NCBI GenBank assembly: GCA_024762895.1
Contig: JANTGN010000001.1
Location: 1-44,320, forward strand
Source of the DNA: Thiotrichales bacterium
GTDB lineage: Bacteria > Pseudomonadota > Gammaproteobacteria > J044
Direction of reading: 5' to 3'
DNA length: 44,320 nucleotides
Shown: positions 19,926-28,288 of the stretch, piece after piece
Position numbering within the stretch: the stretch's first letter is position 1
How the letters are laid out: each line of letters opens with the position of its first letter
Program-made: the position numbers and the translations under genes
The notes under the pieces: generated by a model
The model's database searches: none
Told to the model about the DNA's origin: nothing
Seen by the model: the letters and a program-made list of their open reading frames with translations, nothing else

Positions 19926-19974
19926 GTCAGCCGTCAGCCGTCAGCCGTCAGCCGTCAGCCGTCAGCCGTCAGCC
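19926..19974. repeat. perfect heptanucleotide tandem repeat (GTCAGCC)x7
   Basis: Counted directly: seven identical 7-nt units, preceded by GTGAC. It is intergenic. Confidence 0.97.
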
Positions 19975-20142
19975 CTGATGAGTCTGAGCGTTATATTGAC
20001 CTTTATCTTTCTGTTGAAAACAAGTGAATAAAACGGTATTTTCATAATCAATACAATAAAATAATAATTAACTGACTGAAAAATAATAAAATTATAATTA
20101 AATGGCTAAAAAATAAGTCATTAGCTGGGGAACAGTCTCAAA

Positions 20143-20856
20143 ATGTCTGAAGAAAATAGTTCAGTTTTAAATACTGCGCCATCCTTACCTGGTTCCATTG
20201 AAAATCAGTTAAAGGCGGCTTTTCCTGATCTGGCTCCTGCCAACCATCCAGAATGGATGGAGATTCTCAGTCGTGCTTCAGTGGTTGAATTACCAGCCAG
20301 GCGTGTCTTAATGACGGAGGGGTCATCCTGCAATACCTTTTTCCTGATGTTTGATGGCCGGGTGCGTGTATATCAGATCGCAGAAGATGGCAGAGAAGTA
20401 ACGTTATACCGGACCTATCCGGGCCAGGTCTGCCTGATGACCGTGAATAGTCTTATTCATAATCGCCCCTTCAGGGCAAATGCAGAAACCGAGACAAGCA
20501 TTACCGGTCTGGTTTTATCGGCAGAGGATTTTCATGAGGCCATGCGTGTATTTGAACCGTTTCGTAAGCTGGTTCTGGTTTCATTGATGGACTCTGCCTG
20601 TGATATGAGTGATATGTTCTACGATACGGCATTTCAGGCGCTGGATGTTCGCCTGGCCTGCCTGTTAGGTCGTCTGTTTGAACGCAGTGGCTCGGACACC
20701 CTAAAAATTACCCATCAGGAGCTGGCCCAGGAACTGGGCACTTCACGGGAAGTCATTAGTCGCCTGTTAAAAAAAATGGAACGTCAGCAGCATATCAGTT
20801 TGTCTCGAGGCCAGATCTCGGTGGGACAAAACAAGCAATTACTGGATCAGGCCTGA
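20143..20856 (+). CDS. Crp/Fnr family transcriptional regulator
   Basis: 237 aa with a cNMP-binding-like beta-roll region and a C-terminal HTH (THQELAQELGTSREVISRLLKKMERQQHISL). It lacks the FNR N-terminal Cys cluster. Confidence 0.85.
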   Translation: MSEENSSVLNTAPSLPGSIENQLKAAFPDLAPANHPEWMEILSRASVVELPARRVLMTEGSSCNTFFLMFDGRVRVYQIAEDGREVTLYRTYPGQVCLMTVNSLIHNRPFRANAETETSITGLVLSAEDFHEAMRVFEPFRKLVLVSLMDSACDMSDMFYDTAFQALDVRLACLLGRLFERSGSDTLKITHQELAQELGTSREVISRLLKKMERQQHISLSRGQISVGQNKQLLDQA

Positions 20857-20965
20857 GTCGTTTTTCTGGCCTGCTTCAGCCCCTCTCATCTGCAATGTTT
20901 TATCTTAAGTTGCATAACCCCCCCCTCCTTTATTTAGGTAACCGGCAAAAATTGGAACTATGGTC

Positions 20966-20993
20966 TAAAGAAATTTCCTACAACTGCCGATAG
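20966..20993 (+). promoter_or_regulatory. candidate sigma28 (FliA) promoter for the MCP gene
   Basis: TAAAG, then 15 nt, then GCCGATAG, compared with the consensus TAAA-N15-GCCGATAA. The spacing from TAAA is 16 nt by my count, one more than consensus. It ends 60 nt upstream of the MCP ATG. Confidence 0.4.
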
Positions 20994-21053
20994 AGTAGGC
21001 AACATCTGACAAAACGTCGGCCTAAATACTAAAAAGATTGCTAGGGGTAGGTT

Positions 21054-23078
21054 ATGTTCTCCTTTTTCCAGAATGCATCGATCAAACAAAAGATCATTGG
21101 TGGTTTCACGATCGTCATCATTCTTTTGATTGTGGTCGGTGGGGTAGCTCTGCGGAGTTTCATCGAGACTCGTAATAATGTTCAGATGGTAGTCGATCAG
21201 AACCAGCCGGTCGTGCTGGCGGCCCAGGAACTGGAGACCTCGCTCAAGGCGGCCGTGGCGAGCATGGGTTTTTATATGCTGGGCCGTGATGATGCCAGCC
21301 TCGAGGCCTATGAAAATGACCTGGGCCGCTTGCAGGAGGCTATGGATGAACTCACCGAATTGCCCCTCGTTGAGGATGATCCCGAGTACCAGAAACTGGC
21401 CGGCAAGATCAGCCAGCAGGTGATGAAGTTTTTTAGCTATCATGATCAGGTCATATCACTGGCCAATTCCTTTGCCGAGCGCATGCCAGCCATCGTCATC
21501 TCGGATCAGACCCTGAACCCTTCGGTAACCGCTATTCGTCAGGCCCTGGCGCAGATGATCGACTCCGAGATGGAGGAGGATGCCACGGAAGAAAGGCGTG
21601 AACTTCTGAGGACTATTGCCAATCTGCGATATACCATTGCCAATCTACAGATTGCCTTCCGTGGTTTCGTGGCCTTCAACGATAGCGCCAACCAGCAAAA
21701 TAGTGAGCTCTACAAGGTACAGTTCAAAGAAACCCTGGATCAGTTAAATGAACTCTATGACGAGATGAACTTCGAGCAACAGGAGTCCTTTGATTTCATC
21801 AAGAGTGAATATGAAAAAGTCATCCAGGGTATTGATGAACTATTTACTGTTCACGGTAGTGAAAAGGCCTATCTGGATGTCTATCTCCAAAAGACCGAGA
21901 TCATTCCTCTGGTCAACGACACCTCTGAAACCCTGAAGCAGCTGGTCGGTTTAGCGCGTGACACCATCATCGCGACCAGTCAGGACCTCAGAGAACAGGT
22001 AGAGACGGCAGAACGCATCATCATGATCCTGGTAGCAGTCGGTGTACTGCTGGGCATTATTATTGCGACCAGTGTCGTGCTGGGTATTCTCGGCCCGTTG
22101 AACCAGGCCATTGCTGCGATGCAGGATATCGCCGAAGGTGAGGGCGATCTGACCCGTAAACTGAATGAAAAGGGTGGGGCGGAACTCAAGGCCCTGGGGC
22201 GTGCCTTCAATCTCTTTGTGGACAAGATACGTGAGACAGTCTCTCAGACTACCGAGGCCGTGGAGCGTCTGGCCCAGGTCAGTGGTCGCATGTCGGCCAT
22301 TACTGAAGAGACCGTGATGGGCGTGGATCAGCAGAACTCGGAAACCGAGCGTGCGGCCACGGCGATGACCGAGATGGCCAGTACCTCGGTCGAGGTGGCC
22401 GAGCATGCTCGAGGTGCCGCACAGGCTGCCAATGATGCCGATGGCTCAGCCCACGAAGGCCAGGCCGTCGTCGAGCAGACCATGACGTCCATCACAGCAC
22501 TTGCCGGCGAGGTGGATAAGGCGGGCGAGGTGATTGCATCCTTGCAGCAGGATAGTATCCAGATTGGCTCTATACTGGACGTGATCCGATCCATAGCAGA
22601 ACAAACTAACCTGTTGGCCCTGAATGCGGCCATCGAGGCTGCGGCTGCGGGTGAGCAGGGCCGTGGGTTTGCGGTGGTGGCTGATGAGGTCAGGACCCTG
22701 GCCAGTCGAACCCAGGACTCCACCCAGGAAATCCAGGCCATGATCGAACGACTACAGAAGTCCTCCGAAGAGGCCGTCAACGTGATGGGGAATGGCAGGA
22801 GTCTGGCCGAACAGACCGTGGATCAGGCTGGCCAGACACGCGTGTCGCTGGATACGATTACTCAGGCCGTGAACAGCATTAGCGAGATGAATGCGAGTAT
22901 TTCGGTGGCGGCCGATGAACAGAGCAAGGTGGCCGATGAAATCAATCGCAATATCGTCACCATCAGTGATATATCTCATCAGACCGCCAGAGGTTCCAAT
23001 GAGATAGCACAGCACTCTGAAGAGCTAACGCGTCTTGCACAGACCCTGAAGGGGCTGGTGGGCGGATTCAGGACCTGA
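21054..23078 (+). CDS. methyl-accepting chemotaxis protein (TM - ~290 aa helical periplasmic sensor - TM - HAMP - signalling domain)
   Basis: 674 aa with the highly conserved hairpin [38 protein letters not shown]. Two TM segments flank a long helical ligand-binding region. Confidence 0.92.
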   Translation: MFSFFQNASIKQKIIGGFTIVIILLIVVGGVALRSFIETRNNVQMVVDQNQPVVLAAQELETSLKAAVASMGFYMLGRDDASLEAYENDLGRLQEAMDELTELPLVEDDPEYQKLAGKISQQVMKFFSYHDQVISLANSFAERMPAIVISDQTLNPSVTAIRQALAQMIDSEMEEDATEERRELLRTIANLRYTIANLQIAFRGFVAFNDSANQQNSELYKVQFKETLDQLNELYDEMNFEQQESFDFIKSEYEKVIQGIDELFTVHGSEKAYLDVYLQKTEIIPLVNDTSETLKQLVGLARDTIIATSQDLREQVETAERIIMILVAVGVLLGIIIATSVVLGILGPLNQAIAAMQDIAEGEGDLTRKLNEKGGAELKALGRAFNLFVDKIRETVSQTTEAVERLAQVSGRMSAITEETVMGVDQQNSETERAATAMTEMASTSVEVAEHARGAAQAANDADGSAHEGQAVVEQTMTSITALAGEVDKAGEVIASLQQDSIQIGSILDVIRSIAEQTNLLALNAAIEAAAAGEQGRGFAVVADEVRTLASRTQDSTQEIQAMIERLQKSSEEAVNVMGNGRSLAEQTVDQAGQTRVSLDTITQAVNSISEMNASISVAADEQSKVADEINRNIVTISDISHQTARGSNEIAQHSEELTRLAQTLKGLVGGFRT

Positions 23079-23098
23079 CCTATATCCGAAGAAGGATG

Positions 23099-23125
23099 AA
23101 GGGCGGCCACTGGCCGCCCTTTTTT
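23099..23125 (+). terminator. rho-independent terminator after the MCP gene
   Basis: GGGCGGCC-act-GGCCGCCC stem followed by TTTTTT. Confidence 0.75.
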
Positions 23126-23172
23126 ATGCCTGTAATATGGGCGGGCCCTGATGAAAAATTGTGTCGAAAAGG

Positions 23173-23200
23173 CTTGAAAAGCGTTTGAATGACCCCACTC
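23173..23200 (+). promoter_or_regulatory. sigma32 heat-shock promoter of htpG
   Basis: CTTGAAA, a 13-nt spacer, then CCCCACTC. This closely matches the sigma32 consensus CTTGAAA-N13/14-CCCCATNT. It lies about 45 nt upstream of the htpG ATG. Confidence 0.6.
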
Positions 23201-23243
23201 TGGTCGTAGTCATCCCATAATCGAAACTTAAGGATTACCGTGT

Positions 23244-25142
23244 ATGAGTGTTGAAGCCCAGAAAGAGGATATGCAGTTTCAGACTGAGGTCAGTCAGCTC
23301 CTCCATTTAATGATTCATTCGCTTTATTCCAATAAGGAGATCTTCCTGCGTGAACTGGTCTCCAATGCCTCCGATGCCTGTGACAAGATGCGCTTTGAGG
23401 CACTTTCTGATGATTCTATTTACGAAGGTGACTCGGAGCTAAAGATTCAGATTGAGTTCGACAAGGACGCAAAGACCCTCACCATTCGTGATAATGGTAT
23501 TGGTATGAGCCGTGATGAGGTGATCGAGAATATCGGTACCATCGCCCGTTCCGGCACCGCTGAGTTCCTCAAAAACCTGACTGGCGACCAGGCCAAGGAC
23601 AGCCACCTGATTGGCCAGTTCGGTGTCGGTTTTTATTCCTCATTTATCGTTGCCGACAAGGTCACACTGAGAACACGTAAGGCCGGGACCGGCACGGCGG
23701 CGAGCGATGCTGTTCAGTGGGTATCGGAAGGTAAGGACAATTTCAGTATTGAGAATATTGAGAAAGAATCGCGTGGTACCGAGGTGATTCTACACCTGCG
23801 TGATGATGCCGAAGAGTTTATGAATAGCTGGCAGTTACGCTCTATCATTACCCGTTATTCCGATCATGTGCCCTGGCCCATTGAAATGCACAAGGAAGAT
23901 GAAGAGGGCAAGGTCACGGAGGAATGGGAGCAGGTCAACAAGGCCTCGGCCCTGTGGCGCCTGCCAAAGAAGGATGTCAGCGATGAGGAATACAAGGAGT
24001 TCTATAAATATGTCGGTCATGACTTTGAGGACCCCCTGGCCTGGACACATAATCGTGTTGAAGGAAACCTGGAGTATTATTCACTGCTCTATATCCCGGC
24101 CAAGGCGCCCTTTGACCTCTGGGAGCGGGACCAGACTCATGGTGTAAAACTCTACGTGCAGCGTGTATTCATCATGGATGATACCGAGCATCTGATGCCT
24201 CGTTATCTGCGCTTTGTACGTGGTGTGATTGATTCCAGTGATCTGCCTCTGAACGTTTCCCGTGAGATCCTGCAGAGTAATCGTGTTATCGACAGTATAC
24301 GTTCGGGTTCGGTTAAGAAGGTGCTGGGCCTGATGGAGACCATGGCCAAGGATGACGCAGAGAAATACCAGAAATTCTGGGACCAGTTCGGCAAGGCTCT
24401 GAAGGAAGGACCGGGTGAAGACTTCGCCAACCGCGAACAGATAGCGAAACTGCTGCGCTTTGCCACCACGGCCGAAGACAGCGAGATTCAGAATGTCTCA
24501 CTGGAAGACTATGTCTCGCGCATGAAAGAGGGCCAGAAGAAGATCTACTACATCACGGCAGATAACTTCTCAGCCGCCAGGAATAGTCCCAACCTCGAGG
24601 TTTTCCGTAAGAAGGATATCGAGGTTCTGCTGTTGACCGACCGTGTCGACGAGTGGCTGGTCAGCAATCTGACGGAGTTCGATGGTAAGCCCCTGCAGTC
24701 TGTCGCCAAGGGTGAACTGGATCTGGATGAGATTGAGACCGAGGAAGAAAAGAAGGAACACGAGAAGCAGGAAAAAGAGGCCGAGGGCCTGATTAATAAG
24801 ATCAAGGAGGCCCTGGGTGACCAGGTCTCTGATGTTCGTGTTTCACACCGTCTGACACAGTCTCCGGCCAGTATCATCCTGAACGAGCATGACATGGCGC
24901 TGTATATGCAGAACCTGATGAAGCAGGCTGGCCAGGAAATCCCCGGCAGTAAACCGATCCTTGAGATCAATCCTGGGCATCCCGTGATCCAGCGCCTGGA
25001 TCAGGAAGAAGATAATACCAAGGTCAAGGACTGGTCAGAAATCCTGCTGGATCAGGCGGTATTGGCCGAAGGTGGGCAGCTGGAAGATCCAGCTCGTTTT
25101 GTCTCCAGGTTGAACGGACTGATGATGGAACTAGCTGGGTAA
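23244..25142 (+). CDS. htpG: molecular chaperone HtpG (Hsp90)
   Basis: 632 aa with the GHKL ATPase N-terminus ([30 protein letters not shown]). Confidence 0.97.
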   Translation: MSVEAQKEDMQFQTEVSQLLHLMIHSLYSNKEIFLRELVSNASDACDKMRFEALSDDSIYEGDSELKIQIEFDKDAKTLTIRDNGIGMSRDEVIENIGTIARSGTAEFLKNLTGDQAKDSHLIGQFGVGFYSSFIVADKVTLRTRKAGTGTAASDAVQWVSEGKDNFSIENIEKESRGTEVILHLRDDAEEFMNSWQLRSIITRYSDHVPWPIEMHKEDEEGKVTEEWEQVNKASALWRLPKKDVSDEEYKEFYKYVGHDFEDPLAWTHNRVEGNLEYYSLLYIPAKAPFDLWERDQTHGVKLYVQRVFIMDDTEHLMPRYLRFVRGVIDSSDLPLNVSREILQSNRVIDSIRSGSVKKVLGLMETMAKDDAEKYQKFWDQFGKALKEGPGEDFANREQIAKLLRFATTAEDSEIQNVSLEDYVSRMKEGQKKIYYITADNFSAARNSPNLEVFRKKDIEVLLLTDRVDEWLVSNLTEFDGKPLQSVAKGELDLDEIETEEEKKEHEKQEKEAEGLINKIKEALGDQVSDVRVSHRLTQSPASIILNEHDMALYMQNLMKQAGQEIPGSKPILEINPGHPVIQRLDQEEDNTKVKDWSEILLDQAVLAEGGQLEDPARFVSRLNGLMMELAG

Positions 25143-25159
25143 AAGATACTCTTCTGAGT

Positions 25160-25187
25160 AGGCCCCGGCACTGTCCGGGGCCTTTTC
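25160..25187 (+). terminator. rho-independent terminator after htpG
   Basis: AGGCCCCGG-cactgt-CCGGGGCCT stem followed by TTTTCGTTT. Confidence 0.75.
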
Positions 25188-25236
25188 GTTTCACTCAATG
25201 AGTAGTATCGCAACTTCCTGGAAAGGGACTCTTTCG

Positions 25237-25959
25237 ATGCAATCATTCAGTTTTGATGCCATAGGACTTATCCATTCCTGTTTTAACGAAAAATTTGGCA
25301 TTCCTCGACAGCCCGGGCTGGTAACTGCCGCTGAGGCCACACTCGAATTACTGCCCCCTTATGATCGTATGGAGGCCCTGGAAGGTATCGAAGCCTATTC
25401 ACATCTGTGGATTCAATTCGTTTTTCATGGCATTACTCGTGAGCACTGGAAGCCGACTGTTCGGCCACCAAGACTCGGTGGTAACAGGCGGGTAGGGGTC
25501 TTTGCCACGCGTTCGACGCATCGTCCCAATCCAATCGGCCTGTCGGTGGTTGAACTCGTGGCCGTGGAGAAAAGTCCCTCGGGCCTTCCGCAATTGAAAT
25601 TGAAGGGCGTTGATTTACTGGATGGTACCCCCGTGCTGGATATCAAGCCTTATATTCCTTATGCGGATGCCCTGCCCGATGCCAGAGCAGAAATGGCGCC
25701 TGAAAGGCCACAGCCCTGTCGAGTAGAGTATGCCCCCACAGTGCAATCCTTGTTTGAAGCAGGAGGGCGGATGGCCCCCCATCGCGATCTGGTGGAACAG
25801 GTGCTGGCCCATGACCCGCGCCCTGCCTATCACCGGGAAAACCCGGAACCCAGGGTCTACGGCGTCAGTCTGCTGGATTTCGATGTCCAGTGGGAGGCCC
25901 AGGGTGATACCATTCGCGTAATCGAGGTCCGTTTTACTCAACAGAAAGACTCCCTATGA
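25237..25959 (+). CDS. trmO: tRNA (t6A37-N6)-methyltransferase TrmO (YaeB family)
   Basis: It is collinear with my recollection of E. coli YaeB (FGIPRQPGL, SHLWIQFVFH, TVRPPRLGGN, GVFATRSTHRPNPIGLS, DGTPVLDIKPYIPYAD, AHDPRPAY). I prefer the start at MQSF (25237) over the track start at 25198, which abuts the htpG terminator. Confidence 0.85.
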   Translation: MQSFSFDAIGLIHSCFNEKFGIPRQPGLVTAAEATLELLPPYDRMEALEGIEAYSHLWIQFVFHGITREHWKPTVRPPRLGGNRRVGVFATRSTHRPNPIGLSVVELVAVEKSPSGLPQLKLKGVDLLDGTPVLDIKPYIPYADALPDARAEMAPERPQPCRVEYAPTVQSLFEAGGRMAPHRDLVEQVLAHDPRPAYHRENPEPRVYGVSLLDFDVQWEAQGDTIRVIEVRFTQQKDSL

Positions 25960-26597
25960 ATGATTTTGAACAGGCCCTGAAGGCCTATCAGCAAGGTGAT
26001 ATCGAGACGGCCATAAAGTCCTGGGAGGCCCTTTCCGATCAGGGTGATTACAGGGCCCAGTACAACCTGGGTGTTTTGTACGACCAGGGACAGCACGTAC
26101 CGCAGGACAGCCAGCGCGCCGCGGAATATTATCGAAAGGCTGCGGAACAGGGTTATGCCGATGCGGCATTTAACCTTGCACTTATGTGTGACCAGGGGCA
26201 GGGTGTTGCAGAAAATGCCAACGAGGCTGCTCGCTGGTATTACCAGGCGGCAGAACAGGGCAACCACCAGGCCCAGTATAATCTGGGTCTGAAATTCGAT
26301 ACCGGCGAAGGGCTGCCGCAGGACTTTGAACAGGCGGCGCGTTGGTATTATCTGGCCGCCGAGGGGGGAGAGCCAAGAGCAGCGGCCAATCTGGCTCGTT
26401 GTTTCGCCATGGGTGAGGGGGTCGAACGCAGCGACTTTGAGGCCTTCAAATGGTATTACATAGCCGCCGAACTGGGTGTGGCGAATGCCGCACGATATCG
26501 CGAACGTGTAGCCAGGGAACTGAGTGCAGATGAGCGTCTGCGTGCCGGGAGTCGTGCGGTGGAGTGGTTAGACTCTAAACGACTTCGTCCAGATTAA
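25956..26597 (+). CDS. Sel1-repeat (TPR-like) protein, no signal peptide
   Basis: 213 aa with about five tandem Sel1-type repeats (AQYNLGVLYDQGQHVPQD..A..YYRKAAEQG). Its start overlaps the trmO stop (ATGA). Confidence 0.8.
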   Translation: MNDFEQALKAYQQGDIETAIKSWEALSDQGDYRAQYNLGVLYDQGQHVPQDSQRAAEYYRKAAEQGYADAAFNLALMCDQGQGVAENANEAARWYYQAAEQGNHQAQYNLGLKFDTGEGLPQDFEQAARWYYLAAEGGEPRAAANLARCFAMGEGVERSDFEAFKWYYIAAELGVANAARYRERVARELSADERLRAGSRAVEWLDSKRLRPD

Positions 26598-27210
26598 TTT
26601 CTGGTTCACTGTGTAGTGAAGCCGTGGCGGCAAAGGCACTGACGTCGGATGCCCTGAAGGCCGTGACCGTTGCATCGTCTCCGGTATTGCTATTACCTTC
26701 TTCCATCCTCATTCTCGCCAGTTCTACCCGGGCCTGGGCAATAGTCTGGCGTGCTGAGGCAGCGACTGCCTGGTCCTGTGCCGATGGATCGGCTGGGGCC
26801 AGAGCGGCCCGAGCGACAGCCTCGGCCTTACGTATACTGGCTTCCGGGTCGCCGGGGACCGTAGAGGTATCGATAGAGACCTCGCCACCGACGGCATAGC
26901 GCTTACCATCAGGACCTGTCTGATAGGTAAATTGAGCACCACTGCTGATATAGCGACCGCCAGCAGCGATATGGGCCTGTTCGTGGGCGCGAACCTGCTG
27001 GTCACGACGCTTCAGGTCTCGAAGTTGCTGATCTTCACGATTGTCCAGGTCACTGTTTTCTGAATTTTGCTGTGGCTGACGTATGGGGGTGTCGTCATCG
27101 GCCTGCGTGCTGGTCTGGCGAGCCGGCTGGCTGACGCTCATGCCATCCGTCGAGGCACGACGATCTGAGCCATAAGAACCAAAGCCGCTATTTGAGACCG
27201 AATCGAGCAT
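26575..27210 (-). CDS. SprA-related putative metalloprotease family protein (HExxH)
   Basis: 211 aa with a low-complexity N-terminus. The core RAHEQAHIAAGGRYISSGAQFTYQTGPDGKRYAVGGEVSIDTSTVPGDPEASIRKAEAVARAALAPADPSAQD matches my recollection of the SprA-related family (Pfam PF12118 type). It contains HEQAH. Confidence 0.65.
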   Translation of the reverse strand: MLDSVSNSGFGSYGSDRRASTDGMSVSQPARQTSTQADDDTPIRQPQQNSENSDLDNREDQQLRDLKRRDQQVRAHEQAHIAAGGRYISSGAQFTYQTGPDGKRYAVGGEVSIDTSTVPGDPEASIRKAEAVARAALAPADPSAQDQAVAASARQTIAQARVELARMRMEEGNSNTGDDATVTAFRASDVSAFAATASLHSEPEINLDEVV

Positions 27211-27219
27211 GGGACTGAC

Positions 27220-27456
27220 TCAGGCCTTGACGTCCAGAATGGCACCGAGCATGCGATCCTCGGTTTTAATGATCTGTGCTGATGCGCCCGCCTGGAGTTC
27301 ATACTGGATGTTTTCTACCAGCGGCTCGGAGAGGGAGCGTGAGGCAGACCCATTGAACTGATCCGCACTGGCTATCTCGGCGGCATTGTTGCGTACCCCC
27401 TCATTACTGATGAGCAGGCCCTGTAACGCGCTACTGGATGCTGAACCAATCTCCAT
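27220..27456 (-). CDS. 78-aa protein with flagellar rod/hook-protein-like N- and C-terminal motifs (hypothetical)
   Basis: I shortened the 182-aa track ORF because its upstream part overlaps the + strand gene at 27614. The ATG at 27456 has an AGGTGA Shine-Dalgarno 4 nt upstream and a perfect TATAAT (minus strand, 27487-27492) about 30 nt upstream. The C-terminus is LVENIQYELQAGASAQIIKTEDRMLGAILDVKA. The stop is 9 nt before the SprA-related ATG. Confidence 0.5.
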   Translation of the reverse strand: MEIGSASSSALQGLLISNEGVRNNAAEIASADQFNGSASRSLSEPLVENIQYELQAGASAQIIKTEDRMLGAILDVKA

Positions 27457-27613
27457 ACCATCACCTGAAAAGACACAACTGATCAAATTATAGCCAATTT
27501 TGACGAAACTTGCCGTATTTGGCCTATGAAATACCGTTTCAGGATTGCAGATCAGCGATGAGTTTCGCAAGTGCTTGATGTTAAAATAGCTTTTTTCCAT
27601 TGAGGCAGCACCT

Positions 27614-28285
27614 GTGAAAAAGATCATCCTAGGGCTGGTGGGCCTGGTCCTGGTCGCTTTAACCCTACTCTGGCTGTTTGGCTCAGAGCCAAAAACCATG
27701 CAGGTCACGGATCTGCCCTGGCAGGTGGAATCCACCCCTGACGGCTCCACCCGGGTTTTTGGTATCACACTGGGGCAAACCAGCCTGGATACGGCCAGTC
27801 GTCACTTAAACAAGGTACCCGAGATTGCTTTATTTCAGGGCGCGGAAGGACCTGAGAGTATCGAGGCCTTTTTTGGCAAGACTCGGGTCGGCGTTTTTGA
27901 TGCCAAGGTCGTCCTGAGTCTGGACGCCGATGACGAGCTCATGAAACGGGTTGCACAATCGGCCGGTGAACCCGAGCCCATGCCTAGCGGGTCCTGGAAA
28001 CTGCCCGTGGCTGAAAAATCGCTGGAAACCGTGCTTCAGTTACCCATCAAGAGCATTACCTATGTACCCTCGGTGCAGTATGAGGCAGATATCGTCCTGA
28101 AGAGGTTTGGAGAACCCGCAGAAAAGTTACCGCATAATGAACATAGTGAATACTGGCTCTATCCCACTATTGGATTGTTGTTACTGCTGGATAAGGAAGG
28201 CAAAGAGGTCCTGCAATATGTGGCCCCTGATCATTTTGAGGTACTGCGATCGAGTATTGAGATGTCCGGGGCTTCTTCCTCTTAA
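27614..28285 (+). CDS. membrane-anchored or secreted protein of unknown function
   Basis: 223 aa. It has a GTG start with a GAGG about 8 nt upstream and an N-terminal hydrophobic segment (KKIILGLVGLVLVALTLLWLF). I recognise no motif. It ends 3 nt before ycgN. Confidence 0.55.
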   Translation: MKKIILGLVGLVLVALTLLWLFGSEPKTMQVTDLPWQVESTPDGSTRVFGITLGQTSLDTASRHLNKVPEIALFQGAEGPESIEAFFGKTRVGVFDAKVVLSLDADDELMKRVAQSAGEPEPMPSGSWKLPVAEKSLETVLQLPIKSITYVPSVQYEADIVLKRFGEPAEKLPHNEHSEYWLYPTIGLLLLLDKEGKEVLQYVAPDHFEVLRSSIEMSGASSS

Positions 28286-28288
28286 GAG

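Noticed and set aside
19926-19974. Possibility that the tandem repeat is a CRISPR array or an iteron set of a replicon
   Set aside because: The units are 7 nt and contiguous, with no spacers, and no cas, rep or partition genes are nearby. A 7-nt periodicity is off the helical phase expected for iterons.
19996-20009. FNR/CRP-like box TTGAC-cttt-ATCTT upstream of the Crp/Fnr gene
   Set aside because: Only the left half-site resembles TTGAT-N4-ATCAA and the right half is poor. Such a match is expected by chance in AT-rich DNA, and I found no second copy elsewhere in the window.
19921-20031. 36-codon GTG-initiated ORF reading through the heptamer repeat (VTSA VSRQPSA VSRQPSA ...)
   Set aside because: The repeat contains no stop in any + frame, so an open frame is expected by chance. 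There is no Shine-Dalgarno, the start is non-ATG, and the tail runs into the AT-rich tract.
20958-21443. 161-aa minus-strand ORF spanning the regulator-MCP intergenic region and the MCP 5' end
   Set aside because: It overlaps the well-supported MCP start and its sigma28-like promoter. Most of it is antisense to MCP coding sequence, and its translation has no recognisable features.
27457-27768. Upstream extension of the 182-aa minus-strand ORF (27220-27768)
   Set aside because: The extension overlaps the + strand gene starting at 27614 and runs through what looks like the divergent promoter region, including a TATAAT. The internal ATG at 27456 has a proper Shine-Dalgarno, and only the last 78 aa have protein-like character.
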